The notes under the pieces were generated by a model. It was not told the origin of the DNA and searched no databases. It saw nothing but the letters and a program-made list of their open reading frames with translations. From contig OZ316897.1 of assembly GCA_973895155.1 (NCBI GenBank), positions 3,239,416 through 3,303,415 of the forward strand: 64,000 nt of DNA, in the 5' to 3' direction. Made by a program: the position numbers and the translations under genes. Below, piece by piece: positions 1 to 14,671 of the stretch. The first letter of the stretch is position 1. Each line of letters opens with the position of its first letter. The stretch is from Marsupella aquatica. Lineage: Eukaryota; Plantae; Marchantiophyta.

Positions 1-639
1 ATCTGTGGACTCCCATGTTCATCCAAGGAATATATGTGATATGAAGTGAAATCAATTTTCAGCAAGGCAATAACCAATGTTTCGAGTCTCCCGGTGGTCT
101 TGGTGTGTGCTTGTTCACAAGAGAGCGCTCAGAAGATAGAGGAGATCAATTGGTTGAGATGATCTCTTTGGTTTATCATACAGAAGGTTGAATGTGGAGG
201 AATTAAGTTTGTGATGGATTTTGTTTACACATAATTGGGGAAATCATGTTTCTATCATTCCTGATTGATCGTTTGTGAGTTATGTTGAGCATTATTGACA
301 CAAGACAACACTCAGCTGTTGGCAAAAGAGTGCTTGTCGTTTCGGTGGGAAGACGCACAAAACGGACGAGCCATCACTTCACATGAAGGTTTTCAAGTGT
401 AGTTTTTTATTTAAGAAAGATATGGTGTGAGGGGGAGACCAGCAATTGTTTCTTCAATATAGAGGTTGCATTTGGCGTCAACCTGTGTTTAGAGTGAGCT
501 TCAGTTGAAGACCGGAGAAACAAACAATTCAAGTCGGAAAGCAAGCATTGCGGACAAGCGATGGCAACGTGATCAAAGAAATCAGTTTGCAGCGGCTAGG
601 TTTGTGACGGTGACAAGATTGTGACATCTCTAATTGAGG

Positions 640-1130
640 GTTTTCAATGAGCCTCACATTGACAAATTTTGTCAAGTTCCAAATGAGTTTTTGAATTTCT
701 CTGTCTTTCCAATGAGTGTAATAATAAGAAATTTTGATCATGAGTTCATGAATTCTTTTAGCTTTTCCAACATTGAGTCCAACATTGACAAATTTCATAT
801 CAGATTTTGTCACGGTACTAAAGAGGTCATGAGATTTTCAATCTCTCTAGCTTAATTTCTAATGTGTGACATTGGGAGTATTCTCAAGAATTGGAGAGAT
901 AATGAGTATTCAAATTTCTCTAACTTTCCAATGAACCTAACATTGATAGAGTTTGTCAAGCACTAAGGAGATGATGAGTTTCTAATTTTACTCTAGCTTT
1001 TCAATGAGTGTGACATTGATAGATTTTATCAAAACAGTACTAAAGAGGTCATGAGTTTCTAAATCTTCATCTTGAGCTTTCCAATGAATCAAACATTGAC
1101 AAATTTCATCAAGTACTAAGGAGATTGATT
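640..1130 (+). repeat. Degenerate tandem array of ~60-90-bp units
   Basis: About 7 recurrences of TTT(T/C)CAATGA-N-ACATTGA...ATGAGT...CTAGC, at ~641, 706, 763, 852, 925, 998 and 1078. A related motif lies at ~53525 and an inverted copy at 63279-63470. Confidence 0.7.
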
Positions 1131-1498
1131 ATTTTTTGTTTTACAATGTGGAGCCAAAGGGGTTCTAACTATGTACATTTCTATAGATTGGTTTTTTCAA
1201 ACTCTAAAACAATTAAAAAATACAAGCATTTTGATGTAAAACATTGACATATCATTGACAAACATCATAATCAATGGTAACTTTATTTTACTAAATGACA
1301 TCTCTTCCTTTGTATTCTGTTTTTTTGCGCTTAATACTTATGGCATGATGCCCCAAAATTACGTTGCTTTTGCTACAAACATGAATGTGCACTTTTGTTA
1401 CTGTCAAAAATAAGATCTTTCTTGTCTATGGTTGGTTGTGCTGATGTGGCACAACCTCGTGGCAGGGAATTTGCTAGGGACCTCACATGGGGGTCCAT

Positions 1499-1993
1499 AA
1501 TTAAAAATATCATGAGCATTTTGATGTAAACACTCAATTTTCAGTGTATGAAAACCTAAAATCTAATAAAAACAGTTTTAAGCCCACATGGACCATAAGG
1601 TTGGTTTTTGAAACCCCCATGAAACTCATGGGAGTTGGTAAAGAGAAATAAGAAAAAACTAACCCAAATATTCTATATGAACACACAAAAATTAATCTCA
1701 TGGAATTTGCCTCTCAGAAAATCTGTGATGAAAAACGCAACCAAAATGACCAAAGATTCATTCTCTTTGATGAAAGTGTAGCTTATTTACTACTCTAGTG
1801 TACCCCCAAAACTATAAAGTATTTGAATTTATGAATGTCAAGTCATTAGAATTAAACTCAAATGTTGGGAAATGTGGTCCATGGGGGTTTCAAAAACCAA
1901 CCTTATGGTCCGTGTGGGCTTCAAACTCTGATAATTGATTTCATACACTGAAAATTGAGTGTTTACATCAAAATGCTCATGATATTCTTAAAT
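1499..1993. mobile_element. Foldback/MITE-like element with ~120-bp inverted arms
   Basis: 1503-1621 (AATATCATGAGCATTTTGATGTAAACACTCAATTTTCAGTGTATGAAA...GGACCATAAGGTTGGTTTTTGAAACCCCCATG) is nearly the reverse complement of 1880-1991. The AT-rich interior is non-coding. No target-site duplication identified. Confidence 0.7.
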
Positions 1994-2944
1994 TTGTATC
2001 AAAACAATATTTTGATAGTTTGATACTATTTATCTATTTTTGATTTACCTACTCTAGTGTCATCCTTGCTTATGCAATACATAGCTATAATTTTAGGATT
2101 TATACAGTCTAGGCAACTGACAGAATATTTTAGAGTGCTTATGAAAAATGGGACCCCAAAATAAATTTGGGTTCGCTAGTTTTTGTTGAGCTACCATTGT
2201 GGGTCACTCAAAAGCATACTTCTGGCGGAACTAAACCAAAACTTGCCCACCTTAACCTTTTGTTCCTATCTTTCATCCTGAAGTCGTGACTTACTTTTTC
2301 GTTTTTGTTTCCCTTCAATCCTTTTCATCTGATTGGATGAGTGTCATTAGAATATTTTGGGACATCCATCATGCCACCCCTCACCAAAACAAGTAGAATC
2401 AATTAGTCTTAAACTCGGATTGCTTGCGGATGAGGCACATTCTTACATATAAACCTTGACAATTTTATTGACCCTCAACTCTCAACACTAAAAAACCAGG
2501 TGATCATTAGACATGAGGAACATCTCCTAGATATCGATTCCATTTTCCAAAGAAAAAAGTAGTTGTGCAGAACAAACTTCAACTGGGGAAAAATGCGAAT
2601 TAGAGGGAGAGATATATGGAGTATCCCTTTCCATGTTCCCTTGGCATTTCCATGACAAAAAAACAATGAGCTTTGATGTGTAAACTTGACCCAAAAATTG
2701 GACTCATTGCAATAGTCTATTATGCTGAACTACTGTTAAATTCAACCTTGGCTAGTTTACATGATCGATCACAAAGTTATGCACTTATTTCCCTCCAATC
2801 TTTTATGAAGCCTCAAGCTGAATGTCAAATCCCACAGGCTATGGATAGGTATTCAGAGGAATCAACATGCAAAGCCCTGATGTACCATGCCATTTGCAAG
2901 GTCGAATTCCATCCCATTTACCACTAAAATGCCAATCCTTATAT

Positions 2945-3004
2945 TTGAATACGAAATATCCCAATTGAATACGAAATATCCCAATTGAATACGAAATATC
3001 CCAA
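2945..3004. repeat. Perfect tandem repeat, 3 x 20 bp
   Basis: TTGAATACGAAATATCCCAA occurs three times in tandem. Confidence 0.95.
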
Positions 3005-4214
3005 CATCAAGTAACTACTTTGATGCCCCGTCTCTGAACTCCTGGTCTAGTTGTGCAGCAAGTAATTTTTGCCTTCGTTCGACTTATTGAACAAGAAATC
3101 TATCAATCCAGAGAGCCAACATGTGGACGTCAAATTTCCATGATACATCACAGTCGAATTCATGAAAAGTTAAAAGAGGGAAGCTCTTATCCAATGAGGT
3201 GGAACAGATCGCACAAGCACACTGCTAAGTTCCTTCGAGCAAAATCGGTCATGGATTCCACTTAGGAACTAAATCCAGCCACTCCTTTCAGGATCTTATA
3301 CAGAGTGCAACATCAATTTCGCAATCGTATACAATGAAGATGAGTAAACCGGCCTATTGAGGAAATATATGAATCCCCCAACATCACTTCAATGGATAGC
3401 CTATTTCCATAGCGACTACTGTCGACTGTCATCTCATCTAGTGTCCCCAGTTTGAAGACTCCGACAGGCTGATTGAGAGCCGCCATCAAGTAGTATGAAC
3501 CATCCGTCAATCCCAGGCATGCTAAACGTTTCCTGAAGGCCGGAACGACAGGTGGGAAATTGTGGAGCAAGCTCGCATCTTTCACCCACCCATACCCAGT
3601 GAAAGCCACAAACGACTTGTTGCAGTTGGGTTCTTTCCAATCGTTCAAGTCAACCTTGGTGACAGCAGCTGAGAATAGTCCACATCATAGCCAGGCGATC
3701 CAGCGTCCAGCAAAAGGAAACTTGGAAGGGAAATTTCTAATAATACTAAATCTTACTCAGCCTTACTGATTATTTTCCCCCAAGGTCCCCACAATGTCCC
3801 CACAACTGACCAACAGTAAGAGTATCACAAGCTGAGGGGCGTTTTATGGCTATACCGACTAGGATATAGATCCCAGAGTAATCTCGAGCGAATGCCAGTA
3901 AGTATATGAAGTAGCCCTCTGAAATAGATGCTTGCGTGCATTAAAAGATAATTTTCTGCAAAACTACTTTCTATGCACCTGTTCAACACATACTAACAAC
4001 AGAAATGATTGCAGAATCCTCACAACCACAAAAGAATGTGCTCCACGTAGCCTATCTTAGACACTACAGTGGGACAGTTGAACTTTCCTATCCTCCCAAC
4101 ATCATACTCTGATGAGTTCTCTCTAATAACAAGGTGGACTCTCACCGCTACTACATTATCTTACTCATAAACGGAAAATTTTGTTAAGACAAGTTTCAAT
4201 CACCATTCATTATG

Positions 4215-7200
4215 CTACAATCCTTGCGGGAAGTTTGAAACTTGACCTTGCTCAATCTTTTCCTCTCCATTGACTTTGTAAATGATCCTCAACTTCATGA
4301 GAAGTGATTTCTGCAAAAAACAACGACCATCATGACCCCCACTGTCGCAAAATCTGGGCCCAAAGTGGCTGCCAAAGAGTAAGAAATTACAGCAATTCTC
4401 CAAGAAAACGTCAGAAATAGTCAATTACTACCACCAAAAATGTGCCTTGTCATACCTGACCATGCAGAGTGTTGGTTATATTGATGACTTGGGTTATGAT
4501 ACCCTCACCATTTGCAGGGAGGGTATTGCCATTTGCAGGCTCCAGCTGTAGTTGCAGGAACTGCACAAAAGATAATTTCTAAGACTTCATATGCTGTCTA
4601 GAACCGGAACCAGCATTTCAAAATCACCGATACTCATGCTAATCAAGACAGCGCTTCTATTTTTTCAAAAGTTACATAAATAGTCAATGATGGTCATGCA
4701 TCCAAGGGAAAGCACGTGGTCATTGGATATTCAGCTAGAATCCAAAGAGCTGAAGGGGAGCTCACGGCCGAGACAGTACCAACCTTTGGGACAGCTGCTT
4801 GGAAAACGAAATCTGTGTACGGACTTGCTGACTGATTGAGATAGGACGCCCGTATGACTGTAATTTGAGGAGTAGCTGGGGGCTTTGTGAAATCGAACAA
4901 TACTTTCAGCCCGGGACTTTGAAATGCCACTATTGTTGAAAAGCCTGGCAGTGGGATCAGCCAGACAATTTCATTCAGGTTAATCTCAAACACAAACTTT
5001 CTGTGGACTACACAGCTAAGAGAACTAAGTCAAAAACTCAATAACGATAACATATCATTCTCGTACATTATCTAAGATCCGAAAAGAACCAAACGTGGCT
5101 CAGTAAGACACAGAACCAAAATACAAAGTACAATTATACGAACACAACCATTTGGAACAATGAGCTCTAGGTGAATACTAGATCAATAGCGCTAACATCC
5201 AAGCCAACAATGTCAGTAACAACTGAAATAGAAAATCTCGAGATCAAACTCAACTATGACATCACGAGAGTTGAACTCACCAGAAGTTGAAGCAGGTACA
5301 CTTGGAGCAATTTCAAAATCGTCCAGAAGAGATTCTCTGCGTGAAGTTTGGGCCCCAGAGGAGGTAGCACCTAGATCATCTAGAATAGAGCCTTTGCGCT
5401 CACCATCTACAGCAGAGAAGCCAGTGTCAGTATCCAGAAGAGAACCTGTAGGATCAACCCCAGACTGACCACCCCTAGGAAGTGGTGGATCAGCTAGATC
5501 CATGAGAGAGGCCGCAAAAGGATCCTTAGTGGCAGATTGGGAAAAGCCAGTGAGGGAATTTGGTGCTGTAGAAGTTGAGACAGGGGGCTCCCCTAGTGAT
5601 AAAATGTCCAAAAGAATGTTTGTCCCTCCAGCTGATGCACCAGCTGCAACTCCAGAAGATCACATAAATGCATTAATACACTAAACCAACAACACTTCCA
5701 ACGAACGACTTCTGACACAGTCATAACTCTCATTACAAAAACTAAAACCAACTTTCAAATCCAGGTCCTGGCGAAACTTGAATGGCAGACAGTCCACATA
5801 CCTGGAGATGTGCTCAGCAGGTCGCCCCCAAGCATACTCAGCAACTGATCACCAGCTGACTGCTGTTGCTGGGCTTGTGGGGTATCATCATCATCCAAAC
5901 TGAGCAAGTCCATGAGAGCAGCCGTAGTCTCTACTTTGGGTCCACCATTTGTAAGAGAATCAGCCACTTTTTCAAGAGTGACGCGCTTGGCGTCAGCAGG
6001 AATTGCCATTCCAGCACCATCTGCCTTCTTCGAGTTATAAGTAGCTTCATCTAGCACAGGCATTCTCTCAACCAGAACTCCTCTGATATGCACAGCAGCA
6101 AATTGTTACTAACTGGTTATCCTAACCTGGTTGTACAGGAAGGGAAACTGGCCAGACAAAGTAGTTCGAGAACAAATCAACCAGGATACAAAACCGGGAG
6201 CCAACGCACCAACCTAGAAGACATGTAACGACAGCAATGCTCAAGAGTAACATCACGTTGCACTGATCCAATCATCCACAACAAAAGAAGGGAAGGTACC
6301 AACTTGATATTATCATGTCTGTTAAGAATTGCACCAAACTCAATGGATCTCTGCTGCAGCTCAAGGATGAGATTCCCTCTGTATAGCTGGATCAGATCTT
6401 TGATGCGCCTGTTGGTGTTTCACAGTGAACCTCTTTCAGTAAAAATCGTTACTGAAGATTTTCCTTTAATCAATTGAGCTCAGTGAAACACCCTACGACG
6501 ACTGATAGGACTAATATGGAGACCAACATTCTTGCAACATAAATTTTAGATAACCTGTCGAATCAGTTTCCACAAAAAAACTGGGGAACAGAAACTTCCG
6601 CGGTTAAACCTCGGACGGGAGCACCAGTGCTGGATATAGTGAATCTCTTCAACTTAGTTATGGCTTTTGAAGAGCACGCCAGGTTTCACAAAGTCCCTAA
6701 TCCATTCCTCTTTGAGAACCCCAGGATGATATGTAAACATTAATGCTTGTCAAAAATGATCAAACAGCGTACGAAATGCACCAATTGAAATGAAGCATCA
6801 CGGCAGTCACATACTGTGCATTGGTTGGAAAACGAGATGACAACTTCAGTAATGCCGTTAGAGCATATCCCTGAGTAGAAGAGCTTGTCCGAACATCTTT
6901 CAATACTGTCTCAATTACATCCACTGCATCTGATTCCGTCACCTGCAGCGACCCCACCGATCAATCAACCATCATCTGGGAATAAACATTTCAAAGTGTA
7001 GAAGTCAAGACGTCCTCCTTAACTGCTGCAGTCCTCTTACTTCTTTCATGTTACAATGTGGCAGACAGAATGCAGACAGAAACGCGAGAAAGCTCGTGGC
7101 AACCATCCGTCTTAATTGATGTAAGCTAAAGTTGCACACCAGAAGAATTTAAATTAAAGACGTCTACGTAATATGAAAGTGGATTTCCGTAAAATCTTTT

Positions 7201-10200
7201 CAATCCGGTTAAGCAAAAACACAAATTTAACAGGTTTGCCGATATAATGAACCCACAGTTATAGGCTCTTCTCCTTGTAACTCATTGACGTTGTTGACAA
7301 GAATTTCGCCATATTCTCCAATAGACCAAAGTGATAATTGTGCAAGGCCTTCCTGCACATTCCAGACCAACTTGCTCGATAAGTCGGGTCAGAAAAAATG
7401 AGCAATATCTAACCTAAACTCAGAAACAGGGAAGCAACTGAGTGCGATCCTTCGTATTTCTACGCCTCTGGGTCTTCTTATACACGGCAAATTCTCAAGG
7501 ACCCTTTCCAAAGAAAAGGTTTTTTCTACTACCAAATATAGACCGGCCATGATTCGAGGCACGATTGAGTAGAAATTACTAATCATTGGGAACCTCAGAT
7601 AATGAAATGTTTATTTTACAGAATCTTAAAGATTAGTTCTGTTACCACACATCGCAAAAACTTACTTCAACAGGAAAAATACCTGTCCACCCCACTCTAG
7701 CATGGCGCGATAAAGTGATCTCACTGAGTAGCCATGCAGTTCAGGAGCATTGCTCACAACAACGACGATGGAACGAAGAACGTCATCCTTCACAAAGTTT
7801 CCAGGCTGCAAGAATCGATCCCAAACAACCGTGCCATGTTAATAATATATCTCCCCTCTTAATAACTCCGCCGACGGAATAGTGTAGAGTTTACTTCTGC
7901 TGGGTAATATTTTTTCAGCCTCAAAGATATCATATGCATTGCATTTAAGAGACGCAAGTATGCTCTCCCCTCTTCTCATCTCTGCGTTGAATCTTATTCC
8001 CCATCAAGCACGAAGACAAACTTGCGAAAAGCAGACGCCGTTAAGTCACATCTTGATCCACACAATCATGATGATCTAACATATAATGGAGACGGCTTCC
8101 TGACTGGGAGAGAAAAGTTTCTGGATGTGACTCCCCCAAGTTCATCACTCACATAAAATGATATGCATGAGCAAGTAGGAGTTTACCTCGACCAGAACAA
8201 GGATCATTTGATCAATGTACCACTGCTTGTTAGGAGAAAACCTACACACGAGCATATCTTACAAGAGCCTTAGTACGATGAGATAAATAATGGTGGGATT
8301 TGCAAAGTTGAGAATAGACAGACTTTGAAAAGACCGGACTCGGTTCAAGCTCAACATTTGGGGACTCTGGGATATTCTGACTCACACCCTATTTCAATCA
8401 GGTTAGCTACATAGGACTTCAGAGGATGTTCGTTGTCCTTGGCAACGGTCCGTTCAAATCTTCCAATTTCCATGCAAATGCACTCAACTTTAAGCAATTT
8501 GACTCTACGCAAAGGAAAAGTGTAGCCCAAACACAAGCCTTGATGAATTTACCCCTCTCGGTGAATACTTATTCATCAAAGGAAACAAACCGAGCTTCGA
8601 GCCCGCCTAACAACTTTCTAATTCACAGAAACAAAAATAGCTATTGAGGAAACTCCAAGAGTATTATTTGTACTTACTTCTGCACGAGAGAGCATATCTT
8701 GGCTGTCAAGTCCACTTTAAACTCCGGATCACTAACTTTTAGGTACTCCAAAAGCTCCTTTGTCAGAGTCTTCACGTTTGACTCATTTACCAGGGCATAA
8801 ACCAGCTCTAAAGCTCTTTTACGTATGGACACGTCTGAGTCCTGCTCACAGGGTTATATGCGACAAAAAGGTTCAAAGTGTTTTCCAAACATTCACGACC
8901 ATCAAACCATATTATCATGTTACAGATTGTCTCAATACTCGAAACTATCAAAGACTGCGTTTGCCAGCCATCGAAGAAATGACCGTCGCTTTCAATACTT
9001 TTTCAGATCATAATGATTTTGATGTAAGCAGGATTTTCAGATCCACGGCAATCCTGCATCTAAACTAACCTAGACAATCTCCACCTGAATAGGAGAGCCC
9101 CAGAGGGACACGAGAAAATGCATGGAGAGTGGAAAATAAAGTACTTCACCTTTACACATTCCACGATAGTAGTTCGATGCCTCTGAACAGCTTGAGTATC
9201 TACAGCTACTACCTTGATGAGCGTATTAAGAGCAACATATCTGTAAAAACAATACCAAGCATTATACGTAGAGCTAAAATCAATTGATGACCAAATACTA
9301 CATCTGAAGCACGACTCAATCTTCATCACATGACCAGAAATAAAGATTCTCTGCTGATATATGTCGGGAAGGAGTGTGGAGCTCGACGGGAAGAACCCTA
9401 ACAACAGAGTCGGAATTCTATACGTGATGAACATTGTGTTCCGGGAATGAAGTTAATCTCTTGCAACAATCAGATGAACCAACTCAGGTAGTCAAGCCTT
9501 CAAATGCCACAGTACTGAATGCTCCCCACAATGAGACCAAATTGTGTCCATACCTGATATTATTGTCACGATTAGCAAGAAATCGTCCCAAAATATTGAT
9601 TGCCAGGACTCTTAGGCCGCCAATGGATTCAATCGCCATGATAGTTAGCACACATTCATATAGGATGGCGTTGCCCGCATTCTTGTTGCCTTCTGTATTC
9701 GTTGCCACCTGTTTACACACACACAGAATGAGTTGGTATCAAACACTGGGAATGAATGCAATCCCACTTCACAGATCCAACCATGAGCACCTGATAAAGT
9801 ACCCAGGTGCCCAACGGCAGACCCAAAGGTGTATACAAGAGGCCTTCACTGAAAGTTTGATTGCCAGTGACTTGAGGAAATCCTCAGTCATTGTGTGGCT
9901 TTAAAAATGAAATGGACCACAACTACTCAAATCCAGGTAGAATGTGTAAACGCATCTCTGCTTAGAAGAGAAATGTAAGAACGTCGACAAGTTCACCAAC
10001 GGAGAAGGCAGAATGATTATGCCCAAAAACTTCCCAGAAAAAAATCCAAATCTACGAAATACTTCACATATTGGTCTTATTTCAATCTAAACATCTCAGT
10101 GTCTTCCATTGTAAGCATATGCACAAGCACTAAAAGTATTGAAAAACAGCGCAAGTGGATGGGTACTGATGTTCAAACCTGGGCAAGAATGTCACTCATG

Positions 10201-13200
10201 ACATCACTCGAGTCTGCATCACCTCTGCCCAAAAGCCGCAGCAATCTTAGAAGTCTTATTTGCAGGAAGGGGTCAGTGATCCCGCCGACATCGTACTCCG
10301 GTGCATATCCGCTAACTACCAAGTTCTTGAGAATTCGCACGAGTGTTTGCACATGCTGCATTGCACAGAACAACCGTAAGAGGTGCCTTAGAATAGCCAA
10401 TCCTCTCATGAACATGCACTCCGATTGTTGACAGTGGCTCAACTCTGCTTAAACAACAGAAACTGCGTAACATTTAACAATTATTCACACTCAACTTTAA
10501 CAGAAAACACTGTGTAAACCATCCCTCGATTGCTCATGAAAATTTGGCGGTGAACATTTTTGAAAAGAACTTAAAATCATGCGTGAATTGCAATAGCCAT
10601 CAAATTCCGCGCGAACGGTTGTCAACACAATTACTCAACGGACTGAAGATTACCTTTCTGAAATGCTCCAGGGCCACTTCACTGGACTGACAGAGCTCCG
10701 TACACAGCTTCACTCCCGCAATAAGGACTCCATGATGCTTATCAGAAAGTAGGCCCACCGCCGGTAGAGTGAAATATTCTACTAGATCAGGTACCTTCCG
10801 CACTATTCTAACAGAGCACAAAGCTGCCTACACAATCAACAGACACGGCAAATAATGACGGCATTCCTCTTGCCAAGATGAAAAACAGGAACAGAATAGC
10901 TTTGCAAGCTTTCCAAAGATGCGTTAACGTTGCCACACAGAAATATCATTCAATCTACCTTCTTCCGAATGTAGGAATTGTTGTTTTGGAGTAATTTGTC
11001 GACCTCCGGTGCAAGATCCCGGGCCATTTCAACTGAGCCTATGTTTCCAAGGGAGCACAGTGCCAGACCCACGATGAACTGATTTGAATGATTCAAATCA
11101 CTGAAGTCCAGTTAAGGATGATCCAGGCCAGAAGACAGAACTCACAAAACTGATGATGCATGTGCAGAAGTGGCTTACCCTCTAACGCAATTGTCTGGTC
11201 CTTCCATAATATGTAGATAGATCAAACTTCCATTACAAATATTGGTGCAGGTTCAAGAAATAACAACGGGGAACGTAAGGAGAAATTTGTTGGGTGAAAA
11301 CAGATAATTAGGGGGATTAATACATTCATTTGAGCTGAAACTCCCATAGGAGCCAATGGCAGATAGTAGAAGAAGGCTCCTAGGCAAGAGAACAGAGCAT
11401 TTTCCACACGAAATAAGATACAAATCAAGAAATAAGGGGAAATACAAGACAAGCTTCGAAAGTAAAAGGGAAAGTTGTGCGTATGTAGAAATATATCTTC
11501 GCTTTTTAGTGATTCCTTTGTGAGTTTGGCAAGACAAGCATGGTCCTCATAGGCAGCAAGAGCTTCCAGGAACGTCAGATCTGTGCAAAGAAGCAGGAGA
11601 TATGTAGCGAGTTATAAAGGATTTCGTAGAGGTCGGCAAGGAGTGAAGATCGTCATCTGCACTACCTCGAAAACCAGGCTCGTATAGAAAGAGAGCTGAC
11701 GAACGACAGCCTTGAATGTGAGCTATCTATCGGTTGGGGAATAAAAGGTTGTAGGACAAATTCGTCTCATGGGCAAAGAGGCTGAAGGAAAACAACATCT
11801 ACGTTCACAACTACATGCTGCCAAAACCTAACATTTCATCAGACCAAACTCAGAATGTGTGATCCCGACGATGTAAGTAAGGCGCCCACTTTTATGAAAA
11901 GCCTTTCTCAAATATGAAAGACATTGCACCCTTTACCAGGTTCTCAAAATGGTTAAGACATGAAGACTACACTGTGACAATGCAAAAGGATACTTCTTGA
12001 GGGAATTAGTCACCAACATGAGCACCTCCTGTCTCTCATCAAGAAGGAGCATGAGACCGAGGTAGCCAATGCGCTTTTCTGGGAATCCAGACGCAGCAAT
12101 CAACTTAAGGCACTCCATTTGTCCAAAGTGGGTCGGATACCCAAGCATATGAATGAACATGAGCTTTGCCACATTGCGATGCCTGTAGTCCTGATCATTT
12201 TCTTTGAAGGCATTTCGTAAATTTGCACACTCCTTGGCAATAACACCTCTCTCTTCTGCAGCCGTTTTGCAGGCTCGCACAGCACGGATCATGTCCCTAC
12301 CAAGGTACAACGCCATCACAACAGATGAACTTTCCATACAAGTCTTCGTGTCAATTCATTACTATCACGCGTGCACTTCAAACAGGTGTAAGTCAAGTAT
12401 AGCAAAAGGATCCAACATATTACAGTAAGCTCACCAGAAGTGACATTTTCACATTCAAAGTGCCTTTCAAATTCAATTCCACTGAGCTGGGATGGTAGAT
12501 GCTATATACTCGCCGGTGATGAGCATGTACGAATCTATCGTGCATCTCAAATTTGCAAATATGAATCACCATCCCGATCGATTCTAGAAGTAGATTCTAT
12601 CAATTGATTATGTGTTGTCCTCATTTCAAGCACAGAGTAATACTGCATCGTCATAATTGGTCTTTCCCACGCAACAGAACACTGGACTTTACTGATAAAA
12701 CCGAATTGACAGAATCAAGATGTTAATTCCAAGTATCAATGATGGCAAAATTTCCGCTATCCACTGAATGTATGGATTCTGGGTCGTGTGCACATCTGGC
12801 ATTAGCGGTAGATAAAACACAGTCGGCACTTACTCCATCTCTGTTAGGAAAATGCGCCCCTCCAAACCGAATCTCTTCCAGTCTTCTCATTCACTCCATC
12901 CCTCGATATATCACCTAAGATCACACCCTACTAGGCTACGATAGTAAATGTACCAGTTGCATACTGAATTCCAGGGTAAGAGTTTTCATAGGTGTGGATG
13001 GCAAGAAAAAAATTGACAATCTTGAGTTGTTCAAAAGAAGGTGATAGTCCAGTGGCCATGATGCTTAAGTTGCTTGTTCTGCTTTGATTACGACATTATT
13101 TTTAAAATGTTTAACAGGAGGGAAGTTCACGGGCCAAGCACTGCGTACCAGTACTTTCAAGGCACAATGGACCAACGACATAACCCTCAAGGAGAGTGAC

Positions 13201-14047
13201 AATCTCTCGAATAGGGCTGTACGTCCTACTCGAAGATACACTTCCTTTGGCAGCCATATTCATCCAGAACGGTTCAAGAGAATATCTTCTCAGGATTCAT
13301 CCCGTAGCTCTGCACCTGCTTCTATGCCAACAAGAGGCTTGACGGCAGAAATCTATCCATGAAGAAAATTGTTGAAGGTTCAAGCACGGCATGGGCAATG
13401 GCACATAGTTTGAGTCTGATCTAGGTAAGCATGAGATACATGAAAAGCTTTAACTGTGATCGGCTGAATCAACACCACCTTCGCTCCTGCCCCTCCTGAC
13501 ATACCTGGGATCTTACGTACTGGACTGACCGAAAACAAACCAGAACTTCGTCTCCCAAGAGACACAATTGAAATAGATGACTTTATGTCTGTACCAGGGC
13601 ACGGGCACAACAGAAGCCAAAATTCATTAATAAAACCTTTCTAGCGCATGATAGCAAGTGCCTGACAAACTCAGACAAGGCTGGTTAACCACATTGTGGC
13701 AAACTAGATGCGAGCAATCCACCGATCAGAAGCGAACGGCATAAGTGCAAGAGGACGCCTGAAGGGATACACAGAGGGTAGACTTCCACAACGACGGCAA
13801 AATTGGACACAAAAAAGCGTCAAACAGCACTTAGGCAATGAAACTTTGTCCACAAGCGAAGTAACGGAGGGAAAAAGAATGGGCAAAATCGTGCAGCAGG
13901 TGGAAAGCGATGAGGCCAGCAAGCTACACTGCGAATGAGAGGTTTAAAAGGCAGACTAGCCAAGAAAGAGTTGCATCTGAGCCATCCATCATCGGTCCAT
14001 TTCCTCTGTGTGAGACGAGTAGGTAGGTACCTTAATCGGGTCCCCAT
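4215..14047 (-). CDS. AP1G: AP-1 complex subunit gamma (gamma-adaptin), 18 coding exons, ~911 aa
   Basis: Exons: 14047-14031, 12296-11994, 11100-10959, 10827-10654, 10355-10179, 9708-9554, 9240-9150, 8841-8678, 8241-8187, 7805-7683, 7352-7257, 6942-6815, 6408-6304, 6082-5802, 5643-5281, 4944-4784, 4560-4456, 4310-4215. All introns are GT-AG and phases are consistent (2736 nt). Signature peptides: [61 protein letters not shown], and ear-domain [16 protein letters not shown]. Confidence 0.96.
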
Positions 14048-14610
14048 CCTGTGATCTCCACGCTGGCTCTAGACTTTTTTCAGTAATTCCAGATCCACAA
14101 CTCCTGATCGATCCCTCCACACAATCCGCCCTTTCGCCTTAAAGCTAGCAGATCTGAGCTTTCCGCCTCTCGAAGCTCCAGCAGCAGTCGCCAACTACTC
14201 CACAAGCACCATCTCTCAAAACTCATGAAATCTGCGCTTCTGCACTTCCATCTTCACCGAGCGTCCCTGCCTCCCCTCCTCCTCGTCCTGTTCCTCCTCT
14301 CACGCAGCCAGCAACTCAGCAGCCTTCCTTCCGTCCTGTGATGACGAATGCCGATCCACCTACCTGCTTCCTCCTCCTCCTCCCCCCTCTCGGTCCTCCC
14401 TGCTCGTGCTACCCCGGCATCGTCGCTGCGAGATATCGAGGAGCACAGAGGCCCGATCTGCGCCAAAAAACATTCTCTGTCCCGTTGCAGCCGGTGTGGT
14501 CTCTATGCGACAGGCAGCAACGACTGCTCGTGCGGATGTGCGATCCGCCAAACCACGGGCAAAATTGAAGAAGAGGACGACGACAGTTCGCACCAGGGAG
14601 TGGAATGGAA

Positions 14611-14634
14611 TGTGTGTCTGTGTGTGTGTGCATC

Positions 14635-14666
<32 letters not shown>
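14611..14666. repeat. Compound (TG)n/(AG)14 microsatellite in the presumed AP1G 5' region
   Basis: Read directly. On the minus strand it is a CT-rich tract of the kind common near plant TSS/5'UTRs. Confidence 0.85.

Positions 14667-14671
<5 letters not shown>

Noticed and set aside
640-1130. CRISPR-like repeat/spacer array (also considered for 34766-35017)
   Set aside because: The units are degenerate along their whole length without unique spacers, the context is eukaryotic, and there are no cas genes.
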